Shown piece by piece: positions 29,246 to 38,091 of a stretch of 64,000 bases of DNA. The notes below the pieces were generated by a model, which did no database searches, was not told the DNA's origin, and worked only from the letters and a program-made list of their open reading frames with translations. Location of the stretch: positions 28,086 through 92,085 of the forward strand of contig CAZPFW010000001.1 of NCBI GenBank assembly GCA_964586065.1, in the 5' to 3' direction. Within the stretch, counting starts at the first letter, position 1. Each line of letters starts with the position of its first letter. This DNA is from an uncultured Candidatus Saccharibacteria bacterium (GTDB lineage: Bacteria; Patescibacteriota; Minisyncoccia; Minisyncoccales; CSSED10-335). The position numbers and the translations under genes are program-made.

Positions 29246-29463
29246 TGATTAATAAAGTACTTTTTTGTAATGTCAATTAAAAATTCAACAATCTTTATAT
29301 GCCTTTCTTCATCTTCAGCTATTCTTTCTATAACCGCTTTCTCTTTCGGGTCATCTAAAAACGGGATTATCTCTTGACAGGCTTCTAAAGCTCGTTGCTC
29401 ATATTCCAACCCTTTTTCCAAATCAAAGAGGAAGTCTTCTTTGTTTATTGAACACTTTGCCAT
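29242..29463 (-). CDS. small helical protein with an E...E(E)RH motif; paralog of the next ORF; possible ferritin-like half-domain
   Basis: 73 aa. The EYEQRALEACQEI and AEDEERHIKIV motifs are shared with the adjacent paralog. Confidence 0.4.
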   Translation of the reverse strand: MAKCSINKEDFLFDLEKGLEYEQRALEACQEIIPFLDDPKEKAVIERIAEDEERHIKIVEFLIDITKKYFINQ

Positions 29464-29465
29464 GA

Positions 29466-29690
29466 TTATTTTTGATGTTTCTTAATAATTATTCCGACCT
29501 CTTCTTTGTGTCTTTCAGAATCTTTAAAAAGAATTTCACAATGATCCTTAAAAAGCTTGTATTCTCTTTCTGGAAAGCATTCTTTGAGATCGGTATCTAA
29601 AAGAGCTTGATAGAACTCAATCATTGTGGTCTCGATGCGTTGTTCCGCCAAAAGATCATTCAAAAGATCTTCTTTTTTGTTTTCCGGCAT
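29466..29690 (-). CDS. small helical protein with an E...ERH motif; paralog of the previous ORF; possible ferritin-like half-domain
   Basis: 74 aa with AEQRIETTMIEF and KDSERHKEEV. Its stop lies 2 nt from the start of the paralog. Confidence 0.4.
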   Translation of the reverse strand: MPENKKEDLLNDLLAEQRIETTMIEFYQALLDTDLKECFPEREYKLFKDHCEILFKDSERHKEEVGIIIKKHQK

Positions 29691-29769
29691 ATTTTCATAT
29701 TTAGTTTATATAACACATTTTAATATAAAGCGGTGATATGTAAAGAAAAGAGGGAAGACATTGCTTCCC

Positions 29770-30276
29770 TTAACCCATCGGAACACTGCAAAAGCTCTTA
29801 GAATACTTTGAAATGAATTTGGCCAAATAAGCCGAATCTTTTTGAAGACGAACAACGGTTCTCTGCTTCTCTTTAGGAACGAGCCAATAACGAAGACCTT
29901 CAACGTTAAAACTAACTTCCCATAACGAAAAATCTTTTAAAGGTCGCACAAAAGAGTTATAAGCGTCGATCATCTCTTCAAGCTTTATCAAGTCTTTTTC
30001 AAAAGAGATAACAATCCAAGGAAAATCGTAATACCAATCGGAACCCTCATGTCCTTCACAACTTCTCTCGGTCCTAATCCCCGAAGTATTAAGGGAAAAG
30101 ACCAATTTTTTTATTCCCGGATCAAGGATTCTGTCTTTACAAAAGATACAAAAGTCATCATCTATAGAATAATTGTGTCCCCTTTTGCAATTATAACACA
30201 CAAGAAAAGCTTTCAATTGTATCCTCCTTTCAAATGTACTTGTGATTATTGCGTGCTCAAACGCTTGAAAAGGCAA
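29770..30276 (-). CDS. hypothetical protein with a zinc-ribbon-like CxxC...CxxC motif
   Basis: CYNCKRGHN...CIFCKDR; no other recognised domain. Confidence 0.35.
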   Translation of the reverse strand: MPFQAFEHAIITSTFERRIQLKAFLVCYNCKRGHNYSIDDDFCIFCKDRILDPGIKKLVFSLNTSGIRTERSCEGHEGSDWYYDFPWIVISFEKDLIKLEEMIDAYNSFVRPLKDFSLWEVSFNVEGLRYWLVPKEKQRTVVRLQKDSAYLAKFISKYSKSFCSVPMG

Positions 30277-30464
30277 ACTTAAAGCTTACCCTTGTCTGTA
30301 AAATCGTAACCAACCCCAAAAAAAAGTTTTTCCAAAAAAAATATGACCACACGATCTGCAAAAATATTCAGATAATTCAAACCGACGAAGCGGTCCAAGA
30401 ACTCTCGTAATACGCTTGGAGTAACATTTGGGACAAAATCTTTCTTTGAAAATTGTTATCAATT

Positions 30465-31646
30465 TTACACCCCTTCTCTAAATGAACTGTCTTTTATTTT
30501 ACCCTTTTTTGCTTTTTTGTCAAATATCTTCCTTGATAGTCTTTTTCTTCTGAAAGAGTTTGAAAACCTATGAGCTTCATCTCTTATTCTTATTAAAAGA
30601 TTCAAGAAAGAAGGGCTGATATCTCCCTTTTTTGTTGATACGATTTTGTCGCCTCCATACTCTGATATTCCTAAAACGTCGATATCCAAGCCTCTCTTTG
30701 AGACGATCTCTTCGAAAGCTTTTACTTGAGCCATTCCTCCATCAACCAGAATAAGGTCCGGGTACTTCCACTCTTTTCGATTTAATCTTCTCTCCAAAAT
30801 CTCTCTAAGTGATCCAATATCATCGCCAGCCGAAGCTTTTTTTATTTTAAATAACCTATAGCCGTCTTTGTCAAAATCTCCATCTCTATACAAGACCATT
30901 GCTCCGACTTGCTCTTTCCCTCCAAAGTGAGATATGTCATAGCCTTCTATTCTTTTAAATTTATCAGTCTCTACTAAAAACTCATCTCTGTTTATCAAGA
31001 GAGAATCGTCTATCATTTCTATCAATTTTGCACGATTTGGAGAACTTTTTTTAAAAGCATCTTTGTCACCTTTGAGGAACAAGATCAGATCGTCAATTAT
31101 CTTCTGATAATCTTTCTTTGATATCTCTCCGGTACATTTGCCAGGACAAAGAGAAATTTGCCTGTGAAAACAAGGCCGACCCAATCCTTCTTTGCAGGTA
31201 CTGTAAGGAAAGACTTTTCTTATTAAAGAAAGAAGGTCTTTTGCTGTTTTAAAACTCTTAAAGGGTCCCAATTTAAATGAATCCTCTCTAAGTTGACGTT
31301 CTCTTTTCAACCTTGGATAAGGCCAGTCTGATTTTAAAATCTCAATATAGATGAAAGAGCGATCGTCTTTTTCTTTAATATTATATTTTGGTCTTTCTTT
31401 CTTTATTAAATTAACTTCACCGATAACGGAATCGATAAGGCTCGTTTTGATGATCTTGAGAGAAAAAGACTCTTTTAACAGAGCTTTTGCTTTCGGATCC
31501 GCCGATGCAAGATAACTCTTCAAACGCTCTTTAAGATTGACCGATCTGCCGATGTAAATTGGTTGATAGAGTTTATTTTTAAAAATATAAATTCCTGGCT
31601 CTTCGGGAGCGGACATTATCTTCTTTAAGACTTTTTCATCCGTCAT
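30465..31646 (-). CDS. uvrC: excinuclease ABC subunit C (short form without the C-terminal HhH domain)
   Basis: N-terminal GIY-YIG (GIYIFKN...IYIGRSVNLKERL), a Cys-rich UvrC region and an RNase H-like endonuclease domain (GYDISHFGG...RDEAHRF). Confidence 0.8.
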   Translation of the reverse strand: MTDEKVLKKIMSAPEEPGIYIFKNKLYQPIYIGRSVNLKERLKSYLASADPKAKALLKESFSLKIIKTSLIDSVIGEVNLIKKERPKYNIKEKDDRSFIYIEILKSDWPYPRLKRERQLREDSFKLGPFKSFKTAKDLLSLIRKVFPYSTCKEGLGRPCFHRQISLCPGKCTGEISKKDYQKIIDDLILFLKGDKDAFKKSSPNRAKLIEMIDDSLLINRDEFLVETDKFKRIEGYDISHFGGKEQVGAMVLYRDGDFDKDGYRLFKIKKASAGDDIGSLREILERRLNRKEWKYPDLILVDGGMAQVKAFEEIVSKRGLDIDVLGISEYGGDKIVSTKKGDISPSFLNLLIRIRDEAHRFSNSFRRKRLSRKIFDKKAKKGKIKDSSFREGV

Positions 31647-34114
31647 AATATCTTCTTTAAGTATTTTCCTGTCAGAGATTTTGGGTTTGAAGATATCTCC
31701 TTGGGTGTCCCCGTGGCAACAACTCTACCGCCCCTTTCTCCTCCTTCCGGACCAAAATCAATCACATAGTCCGCCGACCTTATTAGATGAAGATTGTGCT
31801 CTATCACTAAAACGGAGTTGCCTCTATCAATAAGTTTTTGAAGAATCTTAATCAAAAGATTTATGTCGTGATAATGAAGCCCTGTAGTCGGTTCATCAAG
31901 AAGATAGAGTGTTCTTGAAGAGGTATTGGAGAGTTCTTTGGCCAACTTAATCCTTTGAGCTTCTCCGCCTGAAAGAGTCGGAGCATTTTGGCCCAACTTC
32001 AGATAACCCAACCCGATCTCTTCTAATAATTTAAGTTTTTGAGCCACAAGGTAAATTTCATGAAAAAAATCAAGAGCTTCGCTTATGGTCATATCCAAAA
32101 CCTCAGATATATTTTTTCCTTTATAAGAGATGTTCAATACCTCTCTATTAAACCTCTTTCCGTGACAAACATCACACTGGACCAATATTGAAGGCAAAAA
32201 ATGCATCTCTATAAAGTTAGCCCCGGCCCCTCTGCAAGCCTCACATCGTCCGCCTTTTACATTGAAAGAGAAGTAGTTCTTGCCATAACCTCTTTTTCTT
32301 GCCTCTTCCGTGTTGGCATACAAGTCTCTCAATGGTCCAAGAATCTTGGTGTATGTGGCCGGATTTGATCGAGGAGTTCTGCCAATCGGGCTTTGATTCA
32401 CCTCGATCACTCTTCTCAATTCTTCCAAACCGACAATATCAGAAACGTTTTTAAGATTCTTTTTGCCGAACCTATTCATCAAGATGGATGAATTTTTATA
32501 AAGCACTTCCATGAAACTTGACTTTCCTCCGCCCGAGACTCCGCTGATAACAACAAATTTTTTTAAAGGAATCTCAACATCGATATTCTTCAAGTTGTTC
32601 AGTCGCGCTCCGATTACTTTTATTTTTTTAGTTTTTTTATCCCTCTCTTTTCCTAAATCAATTTTCTTGTCACCCCTGATATAATCCAAAGTCAATGATT
32701 TTTTCTCATTATTGGTTACTAAATCAAATGTCTTGCCGGAGACAACAACTTCTCCGCCTAAAACTCCGGCTCTTGGTCCCAAATCGACCAGATGGTCCGA
32801 TTCTGCAATCACTCTTTCATCATGTTCTACAACAATCACCGTGTTCCCTAAGTCACGAAGATTCTTTAACGTTTTTATCAATTTCTCATTATCTCTTTCA
32901 TGGAGCCCTATTGTTGGCTCATCAAGCACATAGAGAGTCCCTGAAAGCTTGGATCCGATTTGACTGGCCAATCTTATTCTTTGAGCTTCACCCCTTGAAA
33001 GAGTTGACGCTTCTTGATTTAGGAGAATGTAATCAAGTCCAACTTCAAGCAAGAAATCGAGTCTTGATACGATTTCGGGTAAAAGATTTTCAGAGATTTT
33101 CGCTTCCTTCTCATCTAATTCCAAATTATTGAAAAAAGATAGCGCAGACTTAACATCCAAAGAAGCTATATCCCAGATATTCTTATCATTAATCTTCACA
33201 AAAAGAGCTTCTTTTCTCAATCTTTGACCCATACAAACAGGACATTTCTCTTTTGAAAAAAATGATTTTCTGCCGAGTCCTTGGCAAATCTTGCAAGCTC
33301 CATGAGGGCTATTGAAAGAAAACAGTCTTGGTTCAATTTCTTCAAAAGAGAATCCATCACGAGAGCAAGACCATCTTGAAGAGAGAACTTTCTCTTCACC
33401 ATCTAATAAGAATCCGGCTAATCCGTCACTATATGAAAGAGCCGCTTCTATCGCTTCAAAGAGTCGAGTTTCATCTCTTCTATCCGATATAAGATCGATT
33501 ATTATGTCAATATCATGACTCTTGTATTTTGATAAAATAATTCTCTCGTGAAGTGATTTTATCTCTCCGTCAATTCTTGCTTGAGAATAGCCTTTATGCA
33601 AAAAGTCGTATAAGAGTTGATAATATTCACCCTTTCTCCCTCTCACTACCGGAGAAAAAACCACGATCTCTTTAGCATTACTTAAGTTAATGATCTTGAA
33701 CATCTCTTCAATGGTCAGTTTCTTGATCTCTTTACCACAATCGGGACAATAAGGATGACCCACTCTCGCCCATAAAACTCGCATAAAATCATACACTTCC
33801 GTCAAGGTTGCTACTATCGATCTCGGATTATGTGAAAGTGATTTTTGATTTATCGCTATCGCCGGAGATAACCCGATTATCTCATCAACATCGGGCCGAT
33901 CCATTTGACCCATAAATTGCCGTGCGTACGGAGATAGAGAGTCGATATAACGCCTTTGCCCTTCGGCAAAAATCGTATCAAAAGCCAAGCTTGATTTTCC
34001 GCTTCCAGAGACTCCCGTAAAAACAATAAGTTCATTTTTTGGAATATCAAGATTTATGCTTTTAAGATTATGTGTTCTTGCTCCCCTTATTTTTATCACT
34101 TCATTCATTCTCAA
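31643..34114 (-). CDS. uvrA: excinuclease ABC subunit A
   Basis: Two ABC modules (GVSGSGKSSL and ISGVSGGGKSS), zinc-finger cysteines, and signatures LSGGEAQRIRLA and LSGGEAQRIKLA. Confidence 0.9.
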   Translation of the reverse strand: MRMNEVIKIRGARTHNLKSINLDIPKNELIVFTGVSGSGKSSLAFDTIFAEGQRRYIDSLSPYARQFMGQMDRPDVDEIIGLSPAIAINQKSLSHNPRSIVATLTEVYDFMRVLWARVGHPYCPDCGKEIKKLTIEEMFKIINLSNAKEIVVFSPVVRGRKGEYYQLLYDFLHKGYSQARIDGEIKSLHERIILSKYKSHDIDIIIDLISDRRDETRLFEAIEAALSYSDGLAGFLLDGEEKVLSSRWSCSRDGFSFEEIEPRLFSFNSPHGACKICQGLGRKSFFSKEKCPVCMGQRLRKEALFVKINDKNIWDIASLDVKSALSFFNNLELDEKEAKISENLLPEIVSRLDFLLEVGLDYILLNQEASTLSRGEAQRIRLASQIGSKLSGTLYVLDEPTIGLHERDNEKLIKTLKNLRDLGNTVIVVEHDERVIAESDHLVDLGPRAGVLGGEVVVSGKTFDLVTNNEKKSLTLDYIRGDKKIDLGKERDKKTKKIKVIGARLNNLKNIDVEIPLKKFVVISGVSGGGKSSFMEVLYKNSSILMNRFGKKNLKNVSDIVGLEELRRVIEVNQSPIGRTPRSNPATYTKILGPLRDLYANTEEARKRGYGKNYFSFNVKGGRCEACRGAGANFIEMHFLPSILVQCDVCHGKRFNREVLNISYKGKNISEVLDMTISEALDFFHEIYLVAQKLKLLEEIGLGYLKLGQNAPTLSGGEAQRIKLAKELSNTSSRTLYLLDEPTTGLHYHDINLLIKILQKLIDRGNSVLVIEHNLHLIRSADYVIDFGPEGGERGGRVVATGTPKEISSNPKSLTGKYLKKIL

Positions 34115-35921
34115 TATCTATAAGATTTAATATTTCTTTCTTTATTCCTTTTGGTTTCACTCCGTTTTTTCTATTATACTCTTCTTGAATGAATCTTCTT
34201 CTTTGGGCTTCATCCATTCCGGCTTTCATTGAACCAGTTATCCTGTCCGCATAGATAATCACCTTGCCTTTCAGATTTCTTGCAGCTCTCCCCATTAATT
34301 GAATTAAGCTTGTTCTGCTCCTTAAAAAACCTTCCCTGTCAGCATCAAGAATCGCAACCATTGAAACCTCGGGAAGATCAAGACCTTCTCTTAAAAGATT
34401 AACACCGATCAGTATATTGAATTCTCCTTTTCTAAAGTCAGTTAACATCTCGGCTCTTTTCAATGTTTTTGTATCGGAGTGCATAAAGTTTGATTTAAAG
34501 CCTTTTTCTTTTAAGAATTGATCCAACTCTTCGGCCGTACGTTTGGTTAGGGTGTTTATTATCATTTTACCTTCTCCTAAATGTTTGGCTTCTTCCATAA
34601 GATCGTCTATTTGACTCTTATTTTTTTCCTTATCAAAAACGGGCCTGATCTCTATTTCGGGATCCACCAAGAAGGTGGGTCTTATTATTTGTTCAATGAT
34701 TCTTACCGATTTCTCCATCTCAAACTTACCCGGGGTAGCCGAAAGAAAAAGTATAGGACCGACTCTTTCTAAGAATTCATTAAATTTAAGGGGTCTGTTA
34801 TCTAAGGCCGAAGGAAGTCTGAAACCATACTCGATTAAGACCTCTTTTCTTGATTTATCTCCTTCATACATTCCCCTTATTTGAGGTATAGTAATGTGAG
34901 ATTCGTCTATAATTGTCAAGAAATCCGGCTCGCCTCCTTTTTGAGGGAAATACGATAAGAGAGAATCTGGTGGTTCTCCAGGAAGTTTCCCTGTCAAATG
35001 TCTTGAGTAATTTTCGATACCGTGACAATAACCCAAAGTTTCAAGAAGGGCCATGTCATTTTCGGTTCTCCTCTGAAGCCTTTCTGCTTCCAACCATTTC
35101 CCTTCCTTTTTAAAAGAAGAAACTCTCTCTTTCAATTCTTTCTTTATATCATCAATTGCTCTTTCTCTTTCGGGCTTTGTCGAGATAAAATGCTTGGATG
35201 GGAAGATTACTGTTTTCTTAAGTCGCTCTTTAATAGATCTAGTGTTCTCATCAATAATCGATATAGAGGTTATATTGGTTTTATCAAGTTCCACTCTATA
35301 GATTATCTCTCCCGAGGCTGGTCTTATCTCAAACAAATCTCCTCTTACTCGGAAAGTTCCTCTGATCAAATCCCCTTTAGTCCTCTCAAAGTTAATCCTT
35401 ACTAATTGTGAAATAAGATCATCTCTTTTTATCAAATCACCAATTGATAAGTAAACGGCTGACTCAAAATAATTGGAAGGAAGACCTAAGTTGTAGATAC
35501 AAGAAACTGAAGCCACAACTATCGTATCATTTCGTGACAAGAGTGATGAAGTGGTGCTGTGTCTCATTCTATCAATCTCTTCATTTATCATCGATTCTTT
35601 CCCGATATAGGTATCGCTTGATGGGATGTAGGCTTCGGGTTGGTAATAGTCATAATAAGAGACAAAATAACAAACTCTGTTTTCGGGAAAGAAAGATTTA
35701 TATTCTCGATAGAGTTGAGCCGCCAGAACTTTATTTGGAGCAATGACCAGGGTCGGCTTTTTAAAATCGGCAATAATATTTGATGCGACAAATGTTTTAC
35801 CCGAACCGGTGACACCTAAAAGAGTTTGGAAGCGGTTATTGTTTTCCAAACTTTTATCAATCTCTTGTATCGCCTTCGGTTGATCGCCGGCAGGGTTGAA
35901 TTTTGAAACCAATTTAAACAT
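34101..35921 (-). CDS. uvrB: excinuclease ABC subunit B (short; the C-terminal UVR domain is apparently absent)
   Basis: GDQPKAI...LLGVTGSGKTF Walker A, beta-hairpin region, DEAD-box-like DESH and helicase C motifs. Confidence 0.9.
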   Translation of the reverse strand: MFKLVSKFNPAGDQPKAIQEIDKSLENNNRFQTLLGVTGSGKTFVASNIIADFKKPTLVIAPNKVLAAQLYREYKSFFPENRVCYFVSYYDYYQPEAYIPSSDTYIGKESMINEEIDRMRHSTTSSLLSRNDTIVVASVSCIYNLGLPSNYFESAVYLSIGDLIKRDDLISQLVRINFERTKGDLIRGTFRVRGDLFEIRPASGEIIYRVELDKTNITSISIIDENTRSIKERLKKTVIFPSKHFISTKPERERAIDDIKKELKERVSSFKKEGKWLEAERLQRRTENDMALLETLGYCHGIENYSRHLTGKLPGEPPDSLLSYFPQKGGEPDFLTIIDESHITIPQIRGMYEGDKSRKEVLIEYGFRLPSALDNRPLKFNEFLERVGPILFLSATPGKFEMEKSVRIIEQIIRPTFLVDPEIEIRPVFDKEKNKSQIDDLMEEAKHLGEGKMIINTLTKRTAEELDQFLKEKGFKSNFMHSDTKTLKRAEMLTDFRKGEFNILIGVNLLREGLDLPEVSMVAILDADREGFLRSRTSLIQLMGRAARNLKGKVIIYADRITGSMKAGMDEAQRRRFIQEEYNRKNGVKPKGIKKEILNLIDIENE

Positions 35922-36003
35922 AAAAAAAAAGAAAACTCCCCCAAAGAAAGATACTGGGGTTGCCGTTATTATACCCTATATTACAAGAAATTCAAGGAGT
36001 CTT

Positions 36004-36300
36004 TTACTTGGGCAATTCTTTCTTATCTCCAGATTTTATTCTACGAGTGACTCCTGGAGAAGAGACAACGAGAAAAGAGTTTTTTTCTATCATATCTTCT
36101 TTCTCCAAAACAGGATCTATCATCCTTGATATCTTGGCACAATCATCCAACGTCACTAAATCATCAGAATCTTTTGCGTCTATTGAAACAACCAGGGAAG
36201 GTTTTCCTTCAAAACTCTCAAAAGACACGCTTTTGAGAAGAAGATTTTCTTTCTCTACCAACGGTTTTATAACTTTTATTATATCTTTTTTATTTTTCAT
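36004..36300 (-). CDS. rimP: ribosome maturation factor RimP (N-terminal domain only)
   Basis: LVVSSPGVTRRI matches the RimP LEVSSPGLDRPL signature; 98 aa. Confidence 0.5.
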   Translation of the reverse strand: MKNKKDIIKVIKPLVEKENLLLKSVSFESFEGKPSLVVSIDAKDSDDLVTLDDCAKISRMIDPVLEKEDMIEKNSFLVVSSPGVTRRIKSGDKKELPK

Positions 36301-36563
36301 TGTTTTTCAATTTTAATAAGTTTGTTTGAAGAAGTTTTACCCGATAATATCTTAATACTTGATATTGGTGACTTAAAATGCTTCGATAATATTTTTATCA
36401 ATTCTTTGTTGGCTTTTCCTTTCACCGGTCTCTCTTTCAGATAAACCGTGTACTTTGAATCATCCGTCTTTTCAATTATTGTTTCTCTTGGATTGAATTT
36501 AACTTTAATGGATATTATCATTTTGAGGATGAGAAGTAAAACGGTTTTCCGTTGGATAACCAA
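36297..36563 (-). CDS. DUF167/YggU family protein. The real start is probably the internal Met near 36521, giving a 4-nt overlap with the NUDIX gene.
   Basis: VKFNPRETI...LKERPVKGKANKELIKILSKHFKSPISSIKILSGKTSSNKLIKI matches YggU (UPF0235). Confidence 0.6.
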   Translation of the reverse strand: MVIQRKTVLLLILKMIISIKVKFNPRETIIEKTDDSKYTVYLKERPVKGKANKELIKILSKHFKSPISSIKILSGKTSSNKLIKIEKQ

Positions 36564-36943
36564 TCAAATATTCCGTTCTTGATGAAAAAAGGAAGAAGAT
36601 TGATTTCGTCTATTTTTTCAATAGGGATCAAATCAAATTCGAGATGATCCTCTTTGCTTTTCGTTTCATCGTGAAGTTTATCTTCTCTTGCTTCATAGAT
36701 TAAGCTGATCTCCCATATCTCTTCCCCATCTTGTATAAAGTGAGATTCGATTATTCCGGCAAAAGACAATGATTTAATATCAGAGCCTCTTTCTTCTTTC
36801 AATTCTCTTATCAAAGCTTCTTTTGAGTTCTCCCCGTCATCGACGTGTCCTCCAGGTAAAAACCAATAATCCTTATCTTTTCTTCTGCAAAGAAGAATCT
36901 TGTTTTCTTTGATGATAATCGCCCTTGATACTGTTTCTCTCAT
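36518..36943 (-). CDS. NUDIX hydrolase
   Basis: Nudix box GGHVDDGENSKEALIRELKEERG. Confidence 0.8.
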   Translation of the reverse strand: MRETVSRAIIIKENKILLCRRKDKDYWFLPGGHVDDGENSKEALIRELKEERGSDIKSLSFAGIIESHFIQDGEEIWEISLIYEAREDKLHDETKSKEDHLEFDLIPIEKIDEINLLPFFIKNGIFDWLSNGKPFYFSSSK

Positions 36944-36971
36944 CTGTCAACTTAAAATTATTTTATAAATA

Positions 36972-36991
36972 AAAAAGCTCCAATTTATATT
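36972..36991 (-). terminator. rho-independent terminator for the pilin-LamG/ORF47/small-ORF transcript
   Basis: Perfect 8-bp stem GCTCCAAT-ttat-ATTGGAGC, followed on the minus strand by TTTTTTATTT. Confidence 0.6.
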
Positions 36992-37146
36992 GGAGCCTTG
37001 GAGGGTTTTAACTTTTCTCTCTCTAACTTCTCTCTGCATTCACCACAAATTTGAATATGTAAAATCGCATACTCTGTTGAGTTTTTTTTATCTTGAACCA
37101 ATTGATAAATCTCCTCTTGGCTTAGATGAAGTAATTCGTTTTTCAT
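36985..37146 (-). CDS. minimal zf-HC2 (anti-sigma-factor-type zinc finger) protein, 53 aa, with a canonical SD; missed by the 60-aa ORF cutoff
   Basis: Manual translation gives MKNELLHLSQEEIYQLVQDKKNSTEYAILHIQICGECREKLEREKLKPSKAPI. This carries the H-x3-C-x2-C ZAS motif and an LS.EE...L...S.E...H...C..CR profile. AAGGAGG lies 7 nt upstream of the ATG. The start is 23 nt after the ORF47 stop, and the ORF stop sits inside the terminator hairpin. Confidence 0.5.
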   Translation of the reverse strand: MKNELLHLSQEEIYQLVQDKKNSTEYAILHIQICGECREKLEREKLKPSKAPI

Positions 37147-37169
37147 TAAAGAACCTCCTTTACCTCTTT

Positions 37170-38090
37170 TCAGGGTAAATACTTTCTACTTATTATTTTT
37201 ATATTGTCAAGTGTTTTGTCTCCTAAAATCTCTTCTCCTGAAGAAAATCCGTCATCTTCTTTCATTCTTGAAACTTCGGATATAATGGAAAGCAAGCCTT
37301 CGACTTCACTTGTATCTTTTTCTTTTTCACTAAGGATCGATTTATACATTTGAAGTTGAACTTCCGCTTGCTCAAAAAAGACCTTTTGAATCGGATGACG
37401 TGAGAGTTTTTCCCTCAACCAACGCCTTTCATCTCTCAATTCCTTATTGTTTCGTTTCTCCAAAGAAATCAATTCTGAAAAGATGTCAAAAACTCTGTCA
37501 GCATTTTGACGATCGGCTCCGATCACTATCGGAATCAACCCTTTCAATTCTCCTTTGAAATAGTTTCCGTTGGAATCATTAATTTGGGATTCAAAATATT
37601 TAACTTCCAACGGCCAAAAATCTTCAGTAACTCTTCTGATATTTCTTTTAATTTTTCTCTCCATATGATCAATCTCAGAAGTGGTTGACGCATCAACGGC
37701 CAAAGCGACTCTTTCTATCTCATCTTCACGATCAAACTCTATAATCATATCAACTCCCCTCAAAACATCATCGTAACGGGATGTTTGAACTGGCATCGCT
37801 TCGGGACCAAACCACTCTCCGTTGTACACTTGGTCAACCAAGAGAACCTCAAAAGCTTGACCTCTCTTTTCATTAAGATCAGCCACTTCTCTTTCAAAGG
37901 GAGACATCTTGCCCTTTTTATCCTCTATTCTTTTTTCGGCCAATTGAAGATGCTTTAAATCTTTTAATATCTCCTTCTCTGGATAAGTGTCTGTAAAATC
38001 AAGAGGTTCGGGTCTTTCAAGCTTCCTACCATAATCCAAAACATTTTCTATGTTTTGAAGTTCCCCTATTCTTTCAGTTTCATAATTCAT
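37170..38090 (-). CDS. hypothetical cytoplasmic protein (306 aa), translationally coupled to the pilin-LamG gene
   Basis: Long charged ORF with coding-like composition and no recognised domain. Its start overlaps the LamG ORF stop. Confidence 0.4.
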   Translation of the reverse strand: MNYETERIGELQNIENVLDYGRKLERPEPLDFTDTYPEKEILKDLKHLQLAEKRIEDKKGKMSPFEREVADLNEKRGQAFEVLLVDQVYNGEWFGPEAMPVQTSRYDDVLRGVDMIIEFDREDEIERVALAVDASTTSEIDHMERKIKRNIRRVTEDFWPLEVKYFESQINDSNGNYFKGELKGLIPIVIGADRQNADRVFDIFSELISLEKRNNKELRDERRWLREKLSRHPIQKVFFEQAEVQLQMYKSILSEKEKDTSEVEGLLSIISEVSRMKEDDGFSSGEEILGDKTLDNIKIISRKYLP

Positions 38091-38091
38091 C

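Noticed and set aside
29242-29690. Single ferritin-like gene split by a frameshift
   Set aside because: Each half has its own start, the two are in different frames separated by a clean TAA, and they are paralogs of each other rather than N and C halves of one protein. They are treated as two genes, and the ferritin-like assignment remains tentative.
29706-29903. 65-aa ORF overlapping the 3' end of the Zn-ribbon ORF
   Set aside because: Same-strand overlap with a longer ORF, low-complexity sequence and no support.
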